From Rhabdothermincola salaria (GTDB lineage Bacteria > Actinomycetota > Acidimicrobiia > Acidimicrobiales > Acidimicrobilacustridaceae), in the NCBI RefSeq assembly GCF_021246445.1, contig NZ_JAJQXW010000003.1, positions 1 to 64,000 on the forward strand: a DNA stretch of 64,000 nt, read 5' to 3'. Below, piece by piece: positions 52,232 through 61,711 of this stretch (position 1 is its first letter; every line of letters begins with the position of its first letter). A program made the translations under genes and the position numbers. The notes under the pieces are model-generated. The model saw only the letters and a list, made by a program, of their open reading frames with translations, ran no database searches and was not told where the DNA came from.

Positions 52232-53107
52232 ATGTTCCGACTGGCCACCCTCGACGGCCGGGCCGCCCTGGTGGGCGACGACGCAGCTCTCGACCTCGCC
52301 GACCTCACCGGCGACCCCGCCCTCGCCGACCCGATGACCGCCGTGACCCGCCACGGCGAGCTCCACCGCCACGCCGATGCCCTCTCCCTCGATGCTCCCG
52401 GGGCCCGACCCGTCCACGAGGTCACCTTCGGGGTGCCGGTCCCTCGACCCTCGAAGGTGTTCGGCATCGGCCTCAACTACCGCACCCACGCCGCCGAGAC
52501 CGGCGCGGAGGTGCCGCCTGCCCCGCTCACCTTCACCAAGTTCCCCAGCTGCCTGGCCCCGGCCACCGCCGACATCCCGATCGAGGGACCGACCACCGAC
52601 TGGGAGGTGGAGCTGGTGGTCGTGATCGGCACGGGCGGTCGGCACATCCCCCGCGACCAGGGTTGGCGCCACGTCGCCGGCCTCTGCCTGGGCCAGGACA
52701 TCTCCGAGCGCACCCTCCAGAACACCGGGGCCCGACCCCAGTTCAGCCTGGCCAAGAGCTTCGACGGCTTCGGCCCGCTCGGGCCCTTCGTGGTCTCGCC
52801 CGACACCTTCGCCGATCGCGACGACATCGAGATCGGCTGCGCCGTCGACGGCGAGGAGGTGCAGCGGGGCCGCACCAGCGACCTCATCTTCGCCGTCGAG
52901 GAGCTGGTGGCCTACCTGTCCTCGATCTGCACCCTCACGCCGGGGGACCTCGTGTTCACCGGGACGCCCAGCGGGGTCGGACTGGCTCGAGGCCGATTCC
53001 TCTCCCCCGGCGCGGTGCTCACCTCCTGGGGCGAGGGCCTCGGGACCATGCGGAACCAGTGCGTCGCCCCCGGACGGTCCCCGAGCGACCTCGAGGTGAC
53101 GCCATAG
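52232..53107 (+). CDS. Fumarylacetoacetate hydrolase family protein
   Basis: GIGLNYRTHA, DWEVEL, QDISER, AKSFD, PGDLVFTGTPSGVG. Confidence 0.92.
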   Translation: MFRLATLDGRAALVGDDAALDLADLTGDPALADPMTAVTRHGELHRHADALSLDAPGARPVHEVTFGVPVPRPSKVFGIGLNYRTHAAETGAEVPPAPLTFTKFPSCLAPATADIPIEGPTTDWEVELVVVIGTGGRHIPRDQGWRHVAGLCLGQDISERTLQNTGARPQFSLAKSFDGFGPLGPFVVSPDTFADRDDIEIGCAVDGEEVQRGRTSDLIFAVEELVAYLSSICTLTPGDLVFTGTPSGVGLARGRFLSPGAVLTSWGEGLGTMRNQCVAPGRSPSDLEVTP

Positions 53108-53117
53108 GCTCCCCGCC

Positions 53118-53378
53118 ATGACCGACGACCTCGACGATCCTCGCCGTGCGGCGATCGCCCGGATCAAGGCGCGTCGCAACCTCAAGATCCAGGCCGGCAC
53201 GTTCGCGCTGCTCACCGTGGTGCTGATCGTCATCTGGGCCGTCGCCGGCGGTGGCTTCTTCTGGCCGGTGTTCCCCATGATCGGCTTCGCGTTCGCCCTG
53301 CTCGGCCAGTGGCAAGCGCTGCAGGGCAAGCGTCCGATCAGCGAGGACGAGATCCGCCGGGAGATGGACGAAGGCTGA
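53118..53378 (+). CDS. 2TM domain-containing protein
   Basis: LIVIWAVAGGGFFWPVFP...ISEDEIRREM. Confidence 0.85.
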   Translation: MTDDLDDPRRAAIARIKARRNLKIQAGTFALLTVVLIVIWAVAGGGFFWPVFPMIGFAFALLGQWQALQGKRPISEDEIRREMDEG

Positions 53379-53524
53379 CGCTTCGGGTCGACGACGAGGG
53401 CCGTTCGACTCTTGCCCCGTCATCGCCGACGCGAGGACCGTGGTACCCGAGACGAGACACGGAATGCGAGGCGCGGCCCGCCCGCCGTCGTCCGGGTGGG
53501 GCGCGCCGCACGGAGGAGGTCGCC

Positions 53525-53995
53525 ATGCCCAGCCGAGCGCTCATCGATTCCTTCCTCGACCAGCAGCACCTCGCCGTGGTCGGGGTCTCACGGAACCCGA
53601 AGGACTTCGCCAACACCGTCTATCGCCACCTGCGTGACGACGGGCGAGGGCGCACCCTCTACGCCGTGAACGCCGCCGCCGACGGCGCCGAGCTCGAAGG
53701 TCGCCCCAGCTACCGGAGCCTGAGCGAGGTGCCCGATCCCGTCGACGGTGTGCTGGTCATGGTGCCCGCGGCGGCGGCCGCCGGCGTGGTCCGCGACGCC
53801 GTGGATCGAGGAGTGCCGCGGGTCTGGCTGCACAAGGGCGGCGGTCCCGGGGCGGTGAGCGACGAAGCCGTCGCCGTGGCCCGCGACGCCGGCGTCGAGC
53901 TGATCGACGGAGCCTGCCCGATGATGTTCGACGAACCGGTGCACGGCATCCACCGCTTCCACCGCTTCCTGGCCGGGCGGCGCGTCGCCGCCTGA
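53525..53995 (+). CDS. CoA-binding domain protein
   Basis: AVVGVSRNP, YRSLSEVPDPVD, RVWLH, GACPMMF. SD GGAGG upstream. Confidence 0.88.
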   Translation: MPSRALIDSFLDQQHLAVVGVSRNPKDFANTVYRHLRDDGRGRTLYAVNAAADGAELEGRPSYRSLSEVPDPVDGVLVMVPAAAAAGVVRDAVDRGVPRVWLHKGGGPGAVSDEAVAVARDAGVELIDGACPMMFDEPVHGIHRFHRFLAGRRVAA

Positions 53996-54066
53996 TGCCC
54001 ACCCGCTGAACCCACCCGTCGTCGACGCTCGGCCCTCCCCGCCGACCGGTGGTCGACCCGGGCCGC

Positions 54067-55044
54067 TCAGCCGGCCGCGCGCGCCGGTCGGTTCAAGATG
54101 TCGGCGAACCACTCGTCGGTGCGTCGACTCCACGCAGTGGTGATGGCACAGGGGAAGGCCTGGAAGCCGTGGGGCATGTCGGGCGCCACGAACAGGTCGG
54201 CCTCGTTGCCCGCGGCGACCCACCGAGTGGCCATCAGCAACGTGTCGTCGAGCAGATGGTCGGCGCTGCCAACGGAGAAGAGGGCCGGCGGGAGGCCCCG
54301 CAGGTCGGCGAACGCAGGAGAGATCTCCGGGGCCCGACGTTCCTCGAGGGTGGTACCGGGGAGGTAGCACTCACCGAACATGGCGATGCCGTCGGGGTCC
54401 AACATGTCGGGACCATCGGTGGCCCGCACACCCCGCTGGCTCGGCGACAGCCCCCAGTCGTAGACCCCGAACACCAGGTTGGCGCCGTCCACGCGGTCGC
54501 CGGCCCCGAGCTCGTCGCGCAACCGCAGCAGCACCGCGGCGGCCATGTACCCCCCAGCCGACTCTCCGCCGATGAGCAGCCGATCGGTGCCGAAGGTCTC
54601 CGCCGCGTTCTCGAGCAGCCACTCGGCCACCGCGAGGCCGTCGTCGGGTCCGGCCGGGTGGGGGTGCTCGGGGGCGAGCCGGTAGTCCACCGACACCACC
54701 GCCAGCTGGTGGTCACGGCACAGCGCGGCGTTGGCCGGGTCGCTCATCACCGGCGCGCCCAGGATCATGCCACCACCGTGGAAGTGCAGGTACACGGCGC
54801 TGGCCCGCCCGTCGGGCACGAAGAGCCGGCACGGCACACCGGCGAGCTCGCGATCGACGCCGCTGCCTTCTGCGGCAGGGAAGGTCTGAGCGAACGACGT
54901 GCGGGCGAAGAAGGCGCGCTCGTGCATGTCGGCCGGCGGCTCGCCCTGCCCGGCGAAGGCCTCGGCGATGGCCGCCATCCCGGCGGTGACGACGGCCCGG
55001 GCCTCGTCGCGCTGCTCCTCGGACTCCTCGGACCACAGCCGCAT
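54067..55044 (-). CDS. HSL-family esterase/lipase
   Basis: HFHGGG, VDYRLAPEHP, GESAGG, DHLLDD, HGF. Confidence 0.9.
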   Translation of the reverse strand: MRLWSEESEEQRDEARAVVTAGMAAIAEAFAGQGEPPADMHERAFFARTSFAQTFPAAEGSGVDRELAGVPCRLFVPDGRASAVYLHFHGGGMILGAPVMSDPANAALCRDHQLAVVSVDYRLAPEHPHPAGPDDGLAVAEWLLENAAETFGTDRLLIGGESAGGYMAAAVLLRLRDELGAGDRVDGANLVFGVYDWGLSPSQRGVRATDGPDMLDPDGIAMFGECYLPGTTLEERRAPEISPAFADLRGLPPALFSVGSADHLLDDTLLMATRWVAAGNEADLFVAPDMPHGFQAFPCAITTAWSRRTDEWFADILNRPARAAG

Positions 55045-55143
55045 GGCGTTCCCCCTACTCGACGCACCGTGCGCCGGCGGGCGCCGACCCTACCGGGCCG
55101 CGGCGACCCACGGTCGGGACGGACGGCCGGGACGGACGGCTGG

Positions 55144-55506
55144 TCAGGAGATCAGGTCGCTGATGTCCCGGGCGACGAGCACCACGAGCAGGCCGATGAC
55201 GGCCACGTTGAGCGCCGAGATCCAGTAGCGGTACCTGTGGCCCGACGCCATGAAGCGGCGGATGCTGGCGACGTTGAAGCCGATGGCCACCAGCCCGACG
55301 ACCAGCCCGATGACGGGCCCGACGCCGCTGGCCCACCCCAGGAGGGGAAGGACCCAGGGGAAGAGGATGTAGGTGAGCAGGCACCGCACGGCGGACACCA
55401 CGACCGAGGTGCTGAACGCCTTGGTGACCGCCGCGTTTTGCTCGGCCTCGGTGGTGTCGCACCCCGCATCGGGGCACAACGGTGTCAGCGGGCGGCTGGA
55501 ACTCAC
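55144..55506 (-). CDS. Small membrane protein of unknown function
   Basis: Three hydrophobic segments, AFSTSVVVSAVRCLLTY, N-terminal CPDAGC. Start uncertain. Confidence 0.65.
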   Translation of the reverse strand: MSSSRPLTPLCPDAGCDTTEAEQNAAVTKAFSTSVVVSAVRCLLTYILFPWVLPLLGWASGVGPVIGLVVGLVAIGFNVASIRRFMASGHRYRYWISALNVAVIGLLVVLVARDISDLIS

Positions 55507-55686
55507 GACCGTCGAGCTTTGCGCACCCGAGGGGTCGGCGACGAATCCAGGGGTGCCACTCGCAGGTCGATCCACGACCGAGCACGGTAGCGGGCGCTCA
55601 CCTGCCTCACACGCCACCGTCGACGGGACGTCGGGTACCGGCGGCGCGTGCCCGGGCGGCGACGGGGGTGGGCTGGTCAGACGAGG

Positions 55687-56559
55687 TCAGGGGAGGTCCG
55701 GAGCGGCCACGGTGGAGGTCGGACCGTCGGTGGAGTACACGACATCGCGCCAGTCGGCGTCGGACGTGCGGACCGAGGTGACGCGGACCTCGACGGTCTC
55801 GACGTTGTGCTTGGTCGTGCCCTTGGCCTGCACATCGTTGTCCCACGCCTCGAAGGTGGCGGATCCTCGGGCGGCCACGTAGAAGTTCTTGACCACCTTG
55901 GTGGTCCGCTTCCCCTCCGCGGTGATCCTCACCACCTCGAGCGTGAGGTACTGGTGGCGATCCGACTCGTTCGCGAACGAGGTGGCAGCCACCCACTGGC
56001 CCTTCTTGCTGTGGGAGTCCCACCAGTACAGCCGGGCGTCGGTGCCGGTCGAGGCGAGCGTGCCGCCGTTCGGCAGGGCGACCTGTTCGACCTCGTCGTC
56101 CTTGCCGTCGTCGTCGTCCCTGCCGTCGTCGTCCCTGCCGTCGTCGTCCCTGCCGTCGTCGCCGTCCTCACCGTCGCGGCCGTCCTCACCGTCGCGGCCG
56201 TCCTCACCGTCGCGGCCGTCCTCACCGTCGCGGCCGTCCTCACCGTCGCGGCCGTCCTCACCGTCGTCATCGTCGGCCGGGCCCGGGTCCGTGGTGGGCG
56301 GTGCGGTGGTGTCGGTGCTCGCGCCGCCACCGTTGCCACCACCTGCGCTCGTGTCGCCGGGGCCCGCGTCGGTGCCCTCGGTGGTCGTCGACCCGATGCC
56401 GTCGGCGGCGGCTTCGAGGTTCTCGTTCGATCCGTCGGCCAGGAACGTGAGGGAACCCGCGACGACCACCGCGACCACCGCCACCAAGAGCGCGTACTCG
56501 ACGAGCGAAGCTCCCGAATCGCCTCTCATGCGTCGAGTGGTGTTGCGTGCGGTCGCCAC
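55687..56559 (-). CDS. Flp/Tad-type pilin N-terminus fused to an acidic Gly-X-Y repeat and a C-terminal beta-rich domain
   Basis: RGDSG|ASLVEYALLVAVVAVVV prepilin motif; (GEDGRD)5 repeat; SD GGAGG precedes GTG 56559. Confidence 0.75.
   Translation of the reverse strand: MATARNTTRRMRGDSGASLVEYALLVAVVAVVVAGSLTFLADGSNENLEAAADGIGSTTTEGTDAGPGDTSAGGGNGGGASTDTTAPPTTDPGPADDDDGEDGRDGEDGRDGEDGRDGEDGRDGEDGRDGEDGDDGRDDDGRDDDGRDDDDGKDDEVEQVALPNGGTLASTGTDARLYWWDSHSKKGQWVAATSFANESDRHQYLTLEVVRITAEGKRTTKVVKNFYVAARGSATFEAWDNDVQAKGTTKHNVETVEVRVTSVRTSDADWRDVVYSTDGPTSTVAAPDLP
56110..56266. repeat. Coding tandem repeats: 18 bp x5.9 (GEDGRD) and 15 bp x3 (GRDDD)
   Basis: gccgtcctcaccgtcgcg perfect copies from 56161; gtcgtcgtccctgcc x3 from 56110. 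Confidence 0.92.
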
Positions 56560-56831
56560 GGGTTCCTCCAGCTGTCCAGGTGTCCAGGTCCTGAACCCAC
56601 GATGCGCCCGCGGGGCGATCGATCGCATGAGCCGAACGGACGCATCGACTGGGCCGGGCGAACCATTGCGAGGCAAACGGTATGGCCCCTGTCACACCGT
56701 CGCCCCGCAGATGGCCCGAACGACCCACCAATGGTGTGCCGACTCACAACTGTCCAGGTTGCCCAGTTTTCTCGGCAACCATTCGGCGAGCCTTTAGCGC
56801 GACGGGCGCGGAGTGCCGGGCGACCGAGCCC

Positions 56832-57347
56832 TCAGGGCGTGGGGATGGAGACGCCCACGCCGCCGCGCGTCTCGAGCCCGTAGCGGTCGATCTCGGCGTC
56901 GAGGTCGAGCGGGAGCGTCTGCAGGCCGCGAGCCCGCACCTCGTCGGTGATCAGGTCGGCGGGCAGCAGCCAGCTCACCTCGAACTCGATGCCGTCGGGG
57001 TCGCGGGCATAGAGGGCCTTGGTGGTCACGTGGTCCGACGCGCCGGCCAGTGCGCCCCGCTCGGCCAACAGGTCGCGCAGGCGGGCCAGCTCCGCGAGCG
57101 TGTCGACCTCCCACGCCAGGTGGTAGAGGCCCACGGTCGAGCGACCGGCGGTGGAGGGTCCGGCCGCTGCCCCCATCTGGAACAGGCCGAGGTCGTGGTC
57201 GTTGGTGGAGGCCGGGGCTTGCAGGAAGGCGGCCTGCCCCGCCATGGCCACCTTGGTGCGGAAGCCCAACACCTCCTCGTAGAAGGCGCGACTCACCTCG
57301 ACGTCGCGGACGTAGAGCACGGCGTGGTTCAAACGGGTCACCGGCAC
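56832..57347 (-). CDS. VOC/glyoxalase family protein
   Basis: LNHAVLYVRD, NDHDLGLF, GLYHLAWEV, DPDGIEFE. Confidence 0.9.
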   Translation of the reverse strand: MPVTRLNHAVLYVRDVEVSRAFYEEVLGFRTKVAMAGQAAFLQAPASTNDHDLGLFQMGAAAGPSTAGRSTVGLYHLAWEVDTLAELARLRDLLAERGALAGASDHVTTKALYARDPDGIEFEVSWLLPADLITDEVRARGLQTLPLDLDAEIDRYGLETRGGVGVSIPTP

Positions 57348-57545
57348 GGAAGCCTCCTCGGCCTGCACGCATCTTCTTGCGCGCACAACAACCCTACCGT
57401 CGGGGACCGGATCCCCACCTGGCGTCCGCTCACTCGGCCCGCAGCGCCATCCACGCTTCGACGCCGTCGACGAGGTCCGCAGCCCGGTCAGGTCAGGAGG
57501 TGGGTGCTCTTGGTCAAGGTCCCCCCTCGAGAGTGGTGCGCCGGA

Positions 57546-57953
57546 TCAGCCGGTGCCTGACGGGAGTTCGATGACGGCGAAGGTCCCGGCCGCGGTGGCG
57601 ACCAGACGATCGGCGTCGTCGTGCACGCGGCCCTCGAGGTGGACGATGGCCTTGCCCCGCTTGACCACCGAGACGGCGGCGCGCAACGTCCCACCCGAGG
57701 CCGGCCGGATGAACCGCAGCTGCACCTCGGCCGACGCGCAGAAGCGGCCCGCCTCGAGCACCGACATGGCGGCGCGACCCATGGCCGTGTCGACCATGGC
57801 GAACAGCACGGCACCGTGGACCACGCCGTTGGGGTTGAGGTGCTCGGGCCCCACGGTGACCGTGGCCCACGCCTCGCCGGGCGCGTCGCCGCCGACGTCC
57901 ATCCCCAGGTGGTCCCGCAACGGGAACCTGCCGTACTCCTCCCCCTCGGCCAC
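57546..57953 (-). CDS. PaaI family thioesterase
   Basis: HLNPNGVVHGAVLFAMVDTAMG. Alternative start at 58007. Confidence 0.88.
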   Translation of the reverse strand: MAEGEEYGRFPLRDHLGMDVGGDAPGEAWATVTVGPEHLNPNGVVHGAVLFAMVDTAMGRAAMSVLEAGRFCASAEVQLRFIRPASGGTLRAAVSVVKRGKAIVHLEGRVHDDADRLVATAAGTFAVIELPSGTG

Positions 57954-58003
57954 TCGCGCATGCTGCCACGTCGCGACCGGGACCGCAGGGGCCAGGTGCG
58001 CTG

Positions 58004-59383
58004 TCACGGGGGACCACGACGAGCCGGGCGACCGTCACGAGCCGGAGCCGGTGCGTCCCCGTCGGACTCGGCCAGCTCCCGGAAGGCGTCGGGGACCCCT
58101 CTATCAGCTCGGAGGGCGACGCGGGCGTAGCCCACGACATCACGACCGAAGCGGTCCCGCAGCTCGTCCACCGCCCTCTCGACAGCCGCCCGACCCGCAG
58201 CGCCGTGGGAGCCGGCCGACCGCGGCCCCGCGGCGGCGCCGACCGACCGGGCCTCGCCCCGACCCGAGTCGAGCGGGAGCTCCAGCTGCACCGGCAGGTC
58301 CGGACCGAGGTTGGCCACCGACAGGCCCAGCAGCGTGATCTCCGGACGGCCAGGATCGTCGGGGTCGGCGGGTCGAGGTTGCCGGTCCTCCGGGCGCACC
58401 GGCTGGCCCGACACTGCCGCTCGGGCCAGGGCGAGGGCCGCCTCGGTCAGGGTGCGGGTGCCGGCCACTCCTGACGGGAGGGTCGTGGAGCGGGTCACCG
58501 ACGACATGTCGGTGAAGCGCACCCGCACGGTGATCGTGCGTCCGGCCAGCCCCTTGCGCCGCAGGCGTCCGCCGACGCGGTCGGCGAGGAATCCCAGCAC
58601 TTCCGACAACGTCTCGTCGGTGGCCCGGCGGCGGCCGAGCGCCGACTGCGCCCCGACCGACCGGGCCCGTCGTCCCCCTTCGACGGGGCGAGGGTCTCGG
58701 TTGGCGGCGAGGTCGGCCAGCTTGGAGCCGACGGCCTCACCGAGGTGGCGGCGCACGGTGTCGGGGGCGGCGTCGGCGAGCTGCCCGATGGTGCGGATGC
58801 CCCGGGCGGCCAGCCGCTCCCTCGTGACCGGGCCCACCCCCCAGAGCAGCTCCACGGGGAGCGGGGCGAGGAAGGACCGCTCCTCTCCCGGAGCCACCAC
58901 CACCAGGCCGTCGGGCTTGGCCACCTGCGACGCCACCTTGGCCAGGTGCTTGGTGGTGGCCACGCCGACCGAGATGGGCAGACCGAGCTCGTCGCGCACC
59001 CGGCGTCGCAGGTCGGTGGCGATGGCAGCGGGATCGCCGAAGAGGTGGACGGCGCCGGCCACGTCGAGGAAGGCCTCGTCGATGGAGATGCGCTCGACCA
59101 GCGGGGTGATGTCGCGGCAGACGTCGATGACGGCATCGCCGAGGCGCTGGTACTCGGCGAAGTGCCCGCCCACGACGACCAGGTCGGGGCAGAGCTGGCG
59201 AGCCCGCCAGCCGGCCATGCCCCCGGTCACCCCGTGGGCCTTGGCCTCGTAGGAGGCGGCGAGCACCACGCCACCTCCCACCGCCACCGGCCGACCCCGC
59301 AGGTCGGGATCGAGGAGCTGCTCGACCGAGGCGTAGAAGGCGTCGAGGTCGGCGTGCAGGATCGTCGCCGCATCGCCCGCCAT
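58004..59383 (-). CDS. dinB: DNA polymerase IV (Y family)
   Basis: ILHADLDAFYASVE, AASYEAK, ISIDEAFLD, AKVASQVAKPDG, LWGVGP. Confidence 0.95.
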   Translation of the reverse strand: MAGDAATILHADLDAFYASVEQLLDPDLRGRPVAVGGGVVLAASYEAKAHGVTGGMAGWRARQLCPDLVVVGGHFAEYQRLGDAVIDVCRDITPLVERISIDEAFLDVAGAVHLFGDPAAIATDLRRRVRDELGLPISVGVATTKHLAKVASQVAKPDGLVVVAPGEERSFLAPLPVELLWGVGPVTRERLAARGIRTIGQLADAAPDTVRRHLGEAVGSKLADLAANRDPRPVEGGRRARSVGAQSALGRRRATDETLSEVLGFLADRVGGRLRRKGLAGRTITVRVRFTDMSSVTRSTTLPSGVAGTRTLTEAALALARAAVSGQPVRPEDRQPRPADPDDPGRPEITLLGLSVANLGPDLPVQLELPLDSGRGEARSVGAAAGPRSAGSHGAAGRAAVERAVDELRDRFGRDVVGYARVALRADRGVPDAFRELAESDGDAPAPARDGRPARRGPP

Positions 59384-59389
59384 GCACCG

Positions 59390-59411
59390 ATGTTAGCGAA
59401 CATCTGTTCTG
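59390..59411 (-). promoter_or_regulatory. LexA (SOS) box abutting the -10 of leaderless dinB
   Basis: Minus strand CAGAAC-AGAT-GTTCGC then TAACAT, 6 nt, ATG. Confidence 0.8.
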
Positions 59412-59561
59412 CCCCTCTGCGGTGTCGCCGTCGTGCCGCTGTTCTGTGCAGCGCCGGGGCTCCGCGCCCCGATCGGGACCGGGCCGTCCGCCTCCGATCG
59501 GCGACATCGACCGATGGACCCGCGCTAGACCGGGGCCCACCGCCGATTTCAGGAGAGCCTC

Positions 59562-60677
59562 ATGCGAACCCCGTTGTGCGACATGTTCGGGATCGAGTAC
59601 CCCATCTTCGCCTTCAGCCACTGTCGCGACGTGGTGGCCGCCGTCAGCAAGGCCGGCGGCCTCGGTGTGCTCGGGGCCGTGGGCTTCAGTCCCGAGCAGC
59701 TCGAGACGGAGCTCGACTGGATCGACGACAACATCGACGGCAAGCCCTACGGGGTCGACACGGTCATGCCCCAGAAGTCCGTCGACGTCGAGGGCGAGAA
59801 CCGCGACGAGATGATGGCCCAGATCAAGTCGATGATCGATGCCAACCACTGGCGCTACGTCGACGAGCTGATGGAGCGCTTCGACCTGCCGCCGCTGCCG
59901 GAGGGCGAGGAGGCCGGCGGGGTGCTCGGCTGGACCGATGACGTCGCCCAGCAGCACGTCGACATCGCCCTCGCCCACCCCATCTGCCTCATCGCCAACG
60001 CGCTGGGCTCACCGCCCAAGGACGTGATCGACAAGGCCCACGAGCACGGCGTGAAGGTGGCGGCCCTGGCGGGCAAGGCCGTGCACGCCCAACGCCACAT
60101 CAACAACGGCGTCGACGTCATCGTGGCCCAGGGCTACGAGGCGGGCGGCCACACCGGCGAGATCTCCACCATGGTGCTGGTACCCGAGGTGGTCGACGCC
60201 GTGGCCCCCGCCCCGGTGCTGGCCGCGGGCGGCATCGGCACCGGGCGCCAGATCTCGGCGGCGCTCAGCCTGGGCGCCCAGGGCGTGTGGCTGGGCTCGC
60301 TGTGGCTCACCACCGCCGAGAGCAGCGCCGGCCCCGCCGTGCTGCAGGCCTACCTCGACGCCACCTCGGCCGACACCGTCCGGTCGCGCTGCTACACCGG
60401 CAAGCCGGCCCGCATGCTGCGCAACTCGTGGACCGACGCGTGGACCGACCCGGAGGGCCCCGGTCCCCTCGGCATGCCGCTGCAGAACATCCTCACCTCG
60501 GAGGCCAACGCCCGCATCGCCCGCTCCGGCCGCAAGGACCTGGCCTTCGCGCCGGTCGGTCAGATCGTGGGCACCATGAACGACGTACGCCCGGTGCGCG
60601 ACGTCATGTTCCGACTGGTGGAGGAGTACATCGAGACCGTCGAGCGCCTCGAAGAGGGCATGAAGGTCGACGGCTGA
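59562..60677 (+). CDS. Nitronate monooxygenase / 2-nitropropane dioxygenase-like flavoprotein
   Basis: FAFSHCRDVVAAVSKAGGLG, AQGYEAGGHTG, LAAGGIG, YTGKPAR. Confidence 0.9.
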   Translation: MRTPLCDMFGIEYPIFAFSHCRDVVAAVSKAGGLGVLGAVGFSPEQLETELDWIDDNIDGKPYGVDTVMPQKSVDVEGENRDEMMAQIKSMIDANHWRYVDELMERFDLPPLPEGEEAGGVLGWTDDVAQQHVDIALAHPICLIANALGSPPKDVIDKAHEHGVKVAALAGKAVHAQRHINNGVDVIVAQGYEAGGHTGEISTMVLVPEVVDAVAPAPVLAAGGIGTGRQISAALSLGAQGVWLGSLWLTTAESSAGPAVLQAYLDATSADTVRSRCYTGKPARMLRNSWTDAWTDPEGPGPLGMPLQNILTSEANARIARSGRKDLAFAPVGQIVGTMNDVRPVRDVMFRLVEEYIETVERLEEGMKVDG

Positions 60678-60731
60678 TCCCGTGCGCCCGCCCGTCGCCG
60701 TCTCCGCCGGCGGCGACGGGCACGCCCTCCT

Positions 60732-60808
60732 CCGGTCGGGTCGGTCCGTCCGGGTCAGTCGTCAGTCGTCAGTCGTGTCGGTGAGTCAGCCGGTCAGCCG
60801 GTCAGCCG
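60732..60808. repeat. Short tandem repeats (gtcagtc x3, tcagccgg x2-3) running into the lipoprotein stop codon
   Basis: TCA at 60755, 60762, 60769, 60786, 60794 and 60802. Confidence 0.7.
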
Positions 60809-61443
60809 CAGCCCAACTCGAAGCTGCCGGTGACGGGTTCGGCTCCCTCGACCGGGGCGCCCCAGGGCTCCATCGCGACGAACGTGGCGGTGCCCGAGGC
60901 CCGATCGCCGTCGCTCTCCCAGTCGACGATCTGGCTCGACCCGGCATCCAGCCCGGCCCGGGTCTGGCCCGCGAGCCAGCCGGTGTCGTCGTCGCTGTTC
61001 TCGATCTCGATCCGGGGCGGTGAATCCTCGAAGCGCCCGTCCTCGTAGGTCTCCCAGTCGGGGGGTGGGATCTCGAAGTCGATGGTGATGGCGCGGCCTT
61101 CGGTGTCGTAGCCGGTGCCGGCGATCATGCCGAACAGGGTCTGGCACACGCCCATGTACGTCGTCGATCCGACGGTCGAGTTCCCGCCGAGCTCGAACTC
61201 GTAGGTCGTGTTACCGATCGTGACCCGCGCGCCACCGTCACCGAAGTCGAGGCCGTCGATCACGTCCTGCATCTCGTCGTCGCCGCTCTCGCCATCGCCA
61301 TCGTCGGCGGACGAGCCATCGACGACGTCGGTGACATCGCCGGCCGCGCCAGCGCCCGATCCGTCGGCATCGTCGCCGTCACCGCCGCAACCTGCCGTGG
61401 CAGCCACCACCAGCACGATCACTGCCATCGCTGTGGCCCGCAT
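60802..61443 (-). CDS. Putative lipoprotein
   Basis: MRATAMAVIVLVVAATAG|C lipobox-like signal, acidic linker, SD GGAGG. Confidence 0.78.
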   Translation of the reverse strand: MRATAMAVIVLVVAATAGCGGDGDDADGSGAGAAGDVTDVVDGSSADDGDGESGDDEMQDVIDGLDFGDGGARVTIGNTTYEFELGGNSTVGSTTYMGVCQTLFGMIAGTGYDTEGRAITIDFEIPPPDWETYEDGRFEDSPPRIEIENSDDDTGWLAGQTRAGLDAGSSQIVDWESDGDRASGTATFVAMEPWGAPVEGAEPVTGSFELGCG

Positions 61444-61711
61444 CGCAACCTCCCCGGTCGTTGCCCAAGGCGACAACGTACGCAGGCCTCCGACCGTGGT
61501 ACCAGGGTCTACCCCCGGAATAGGTAGTGCCATCCCTCGAAATGGGTAGCAGCGGCGCACGCGTGAACCTGCCGAGCCAGCCAGCCGGGCGCCACGGGTT
61601 CGCGCCGGGGTGGCTCGTGGTCGAGAGGGGAACAGCTCGCTGGCCCAGCGGCCCCTCACGGCCTCGGCCGCCATCGAACCCTCTCCTCGCTGTCGCTCCC
61701 GACTGACCCGC

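Noticed and set aside
56560..56830. c-di-GMP riboswitch upstream of the pilin-like gene
   Set aside because: I could not find the GEMM consensus elements. Only a GGTTGCC-N10-GGCAACC inverted repeat (56757-56780) of unclear role is present.
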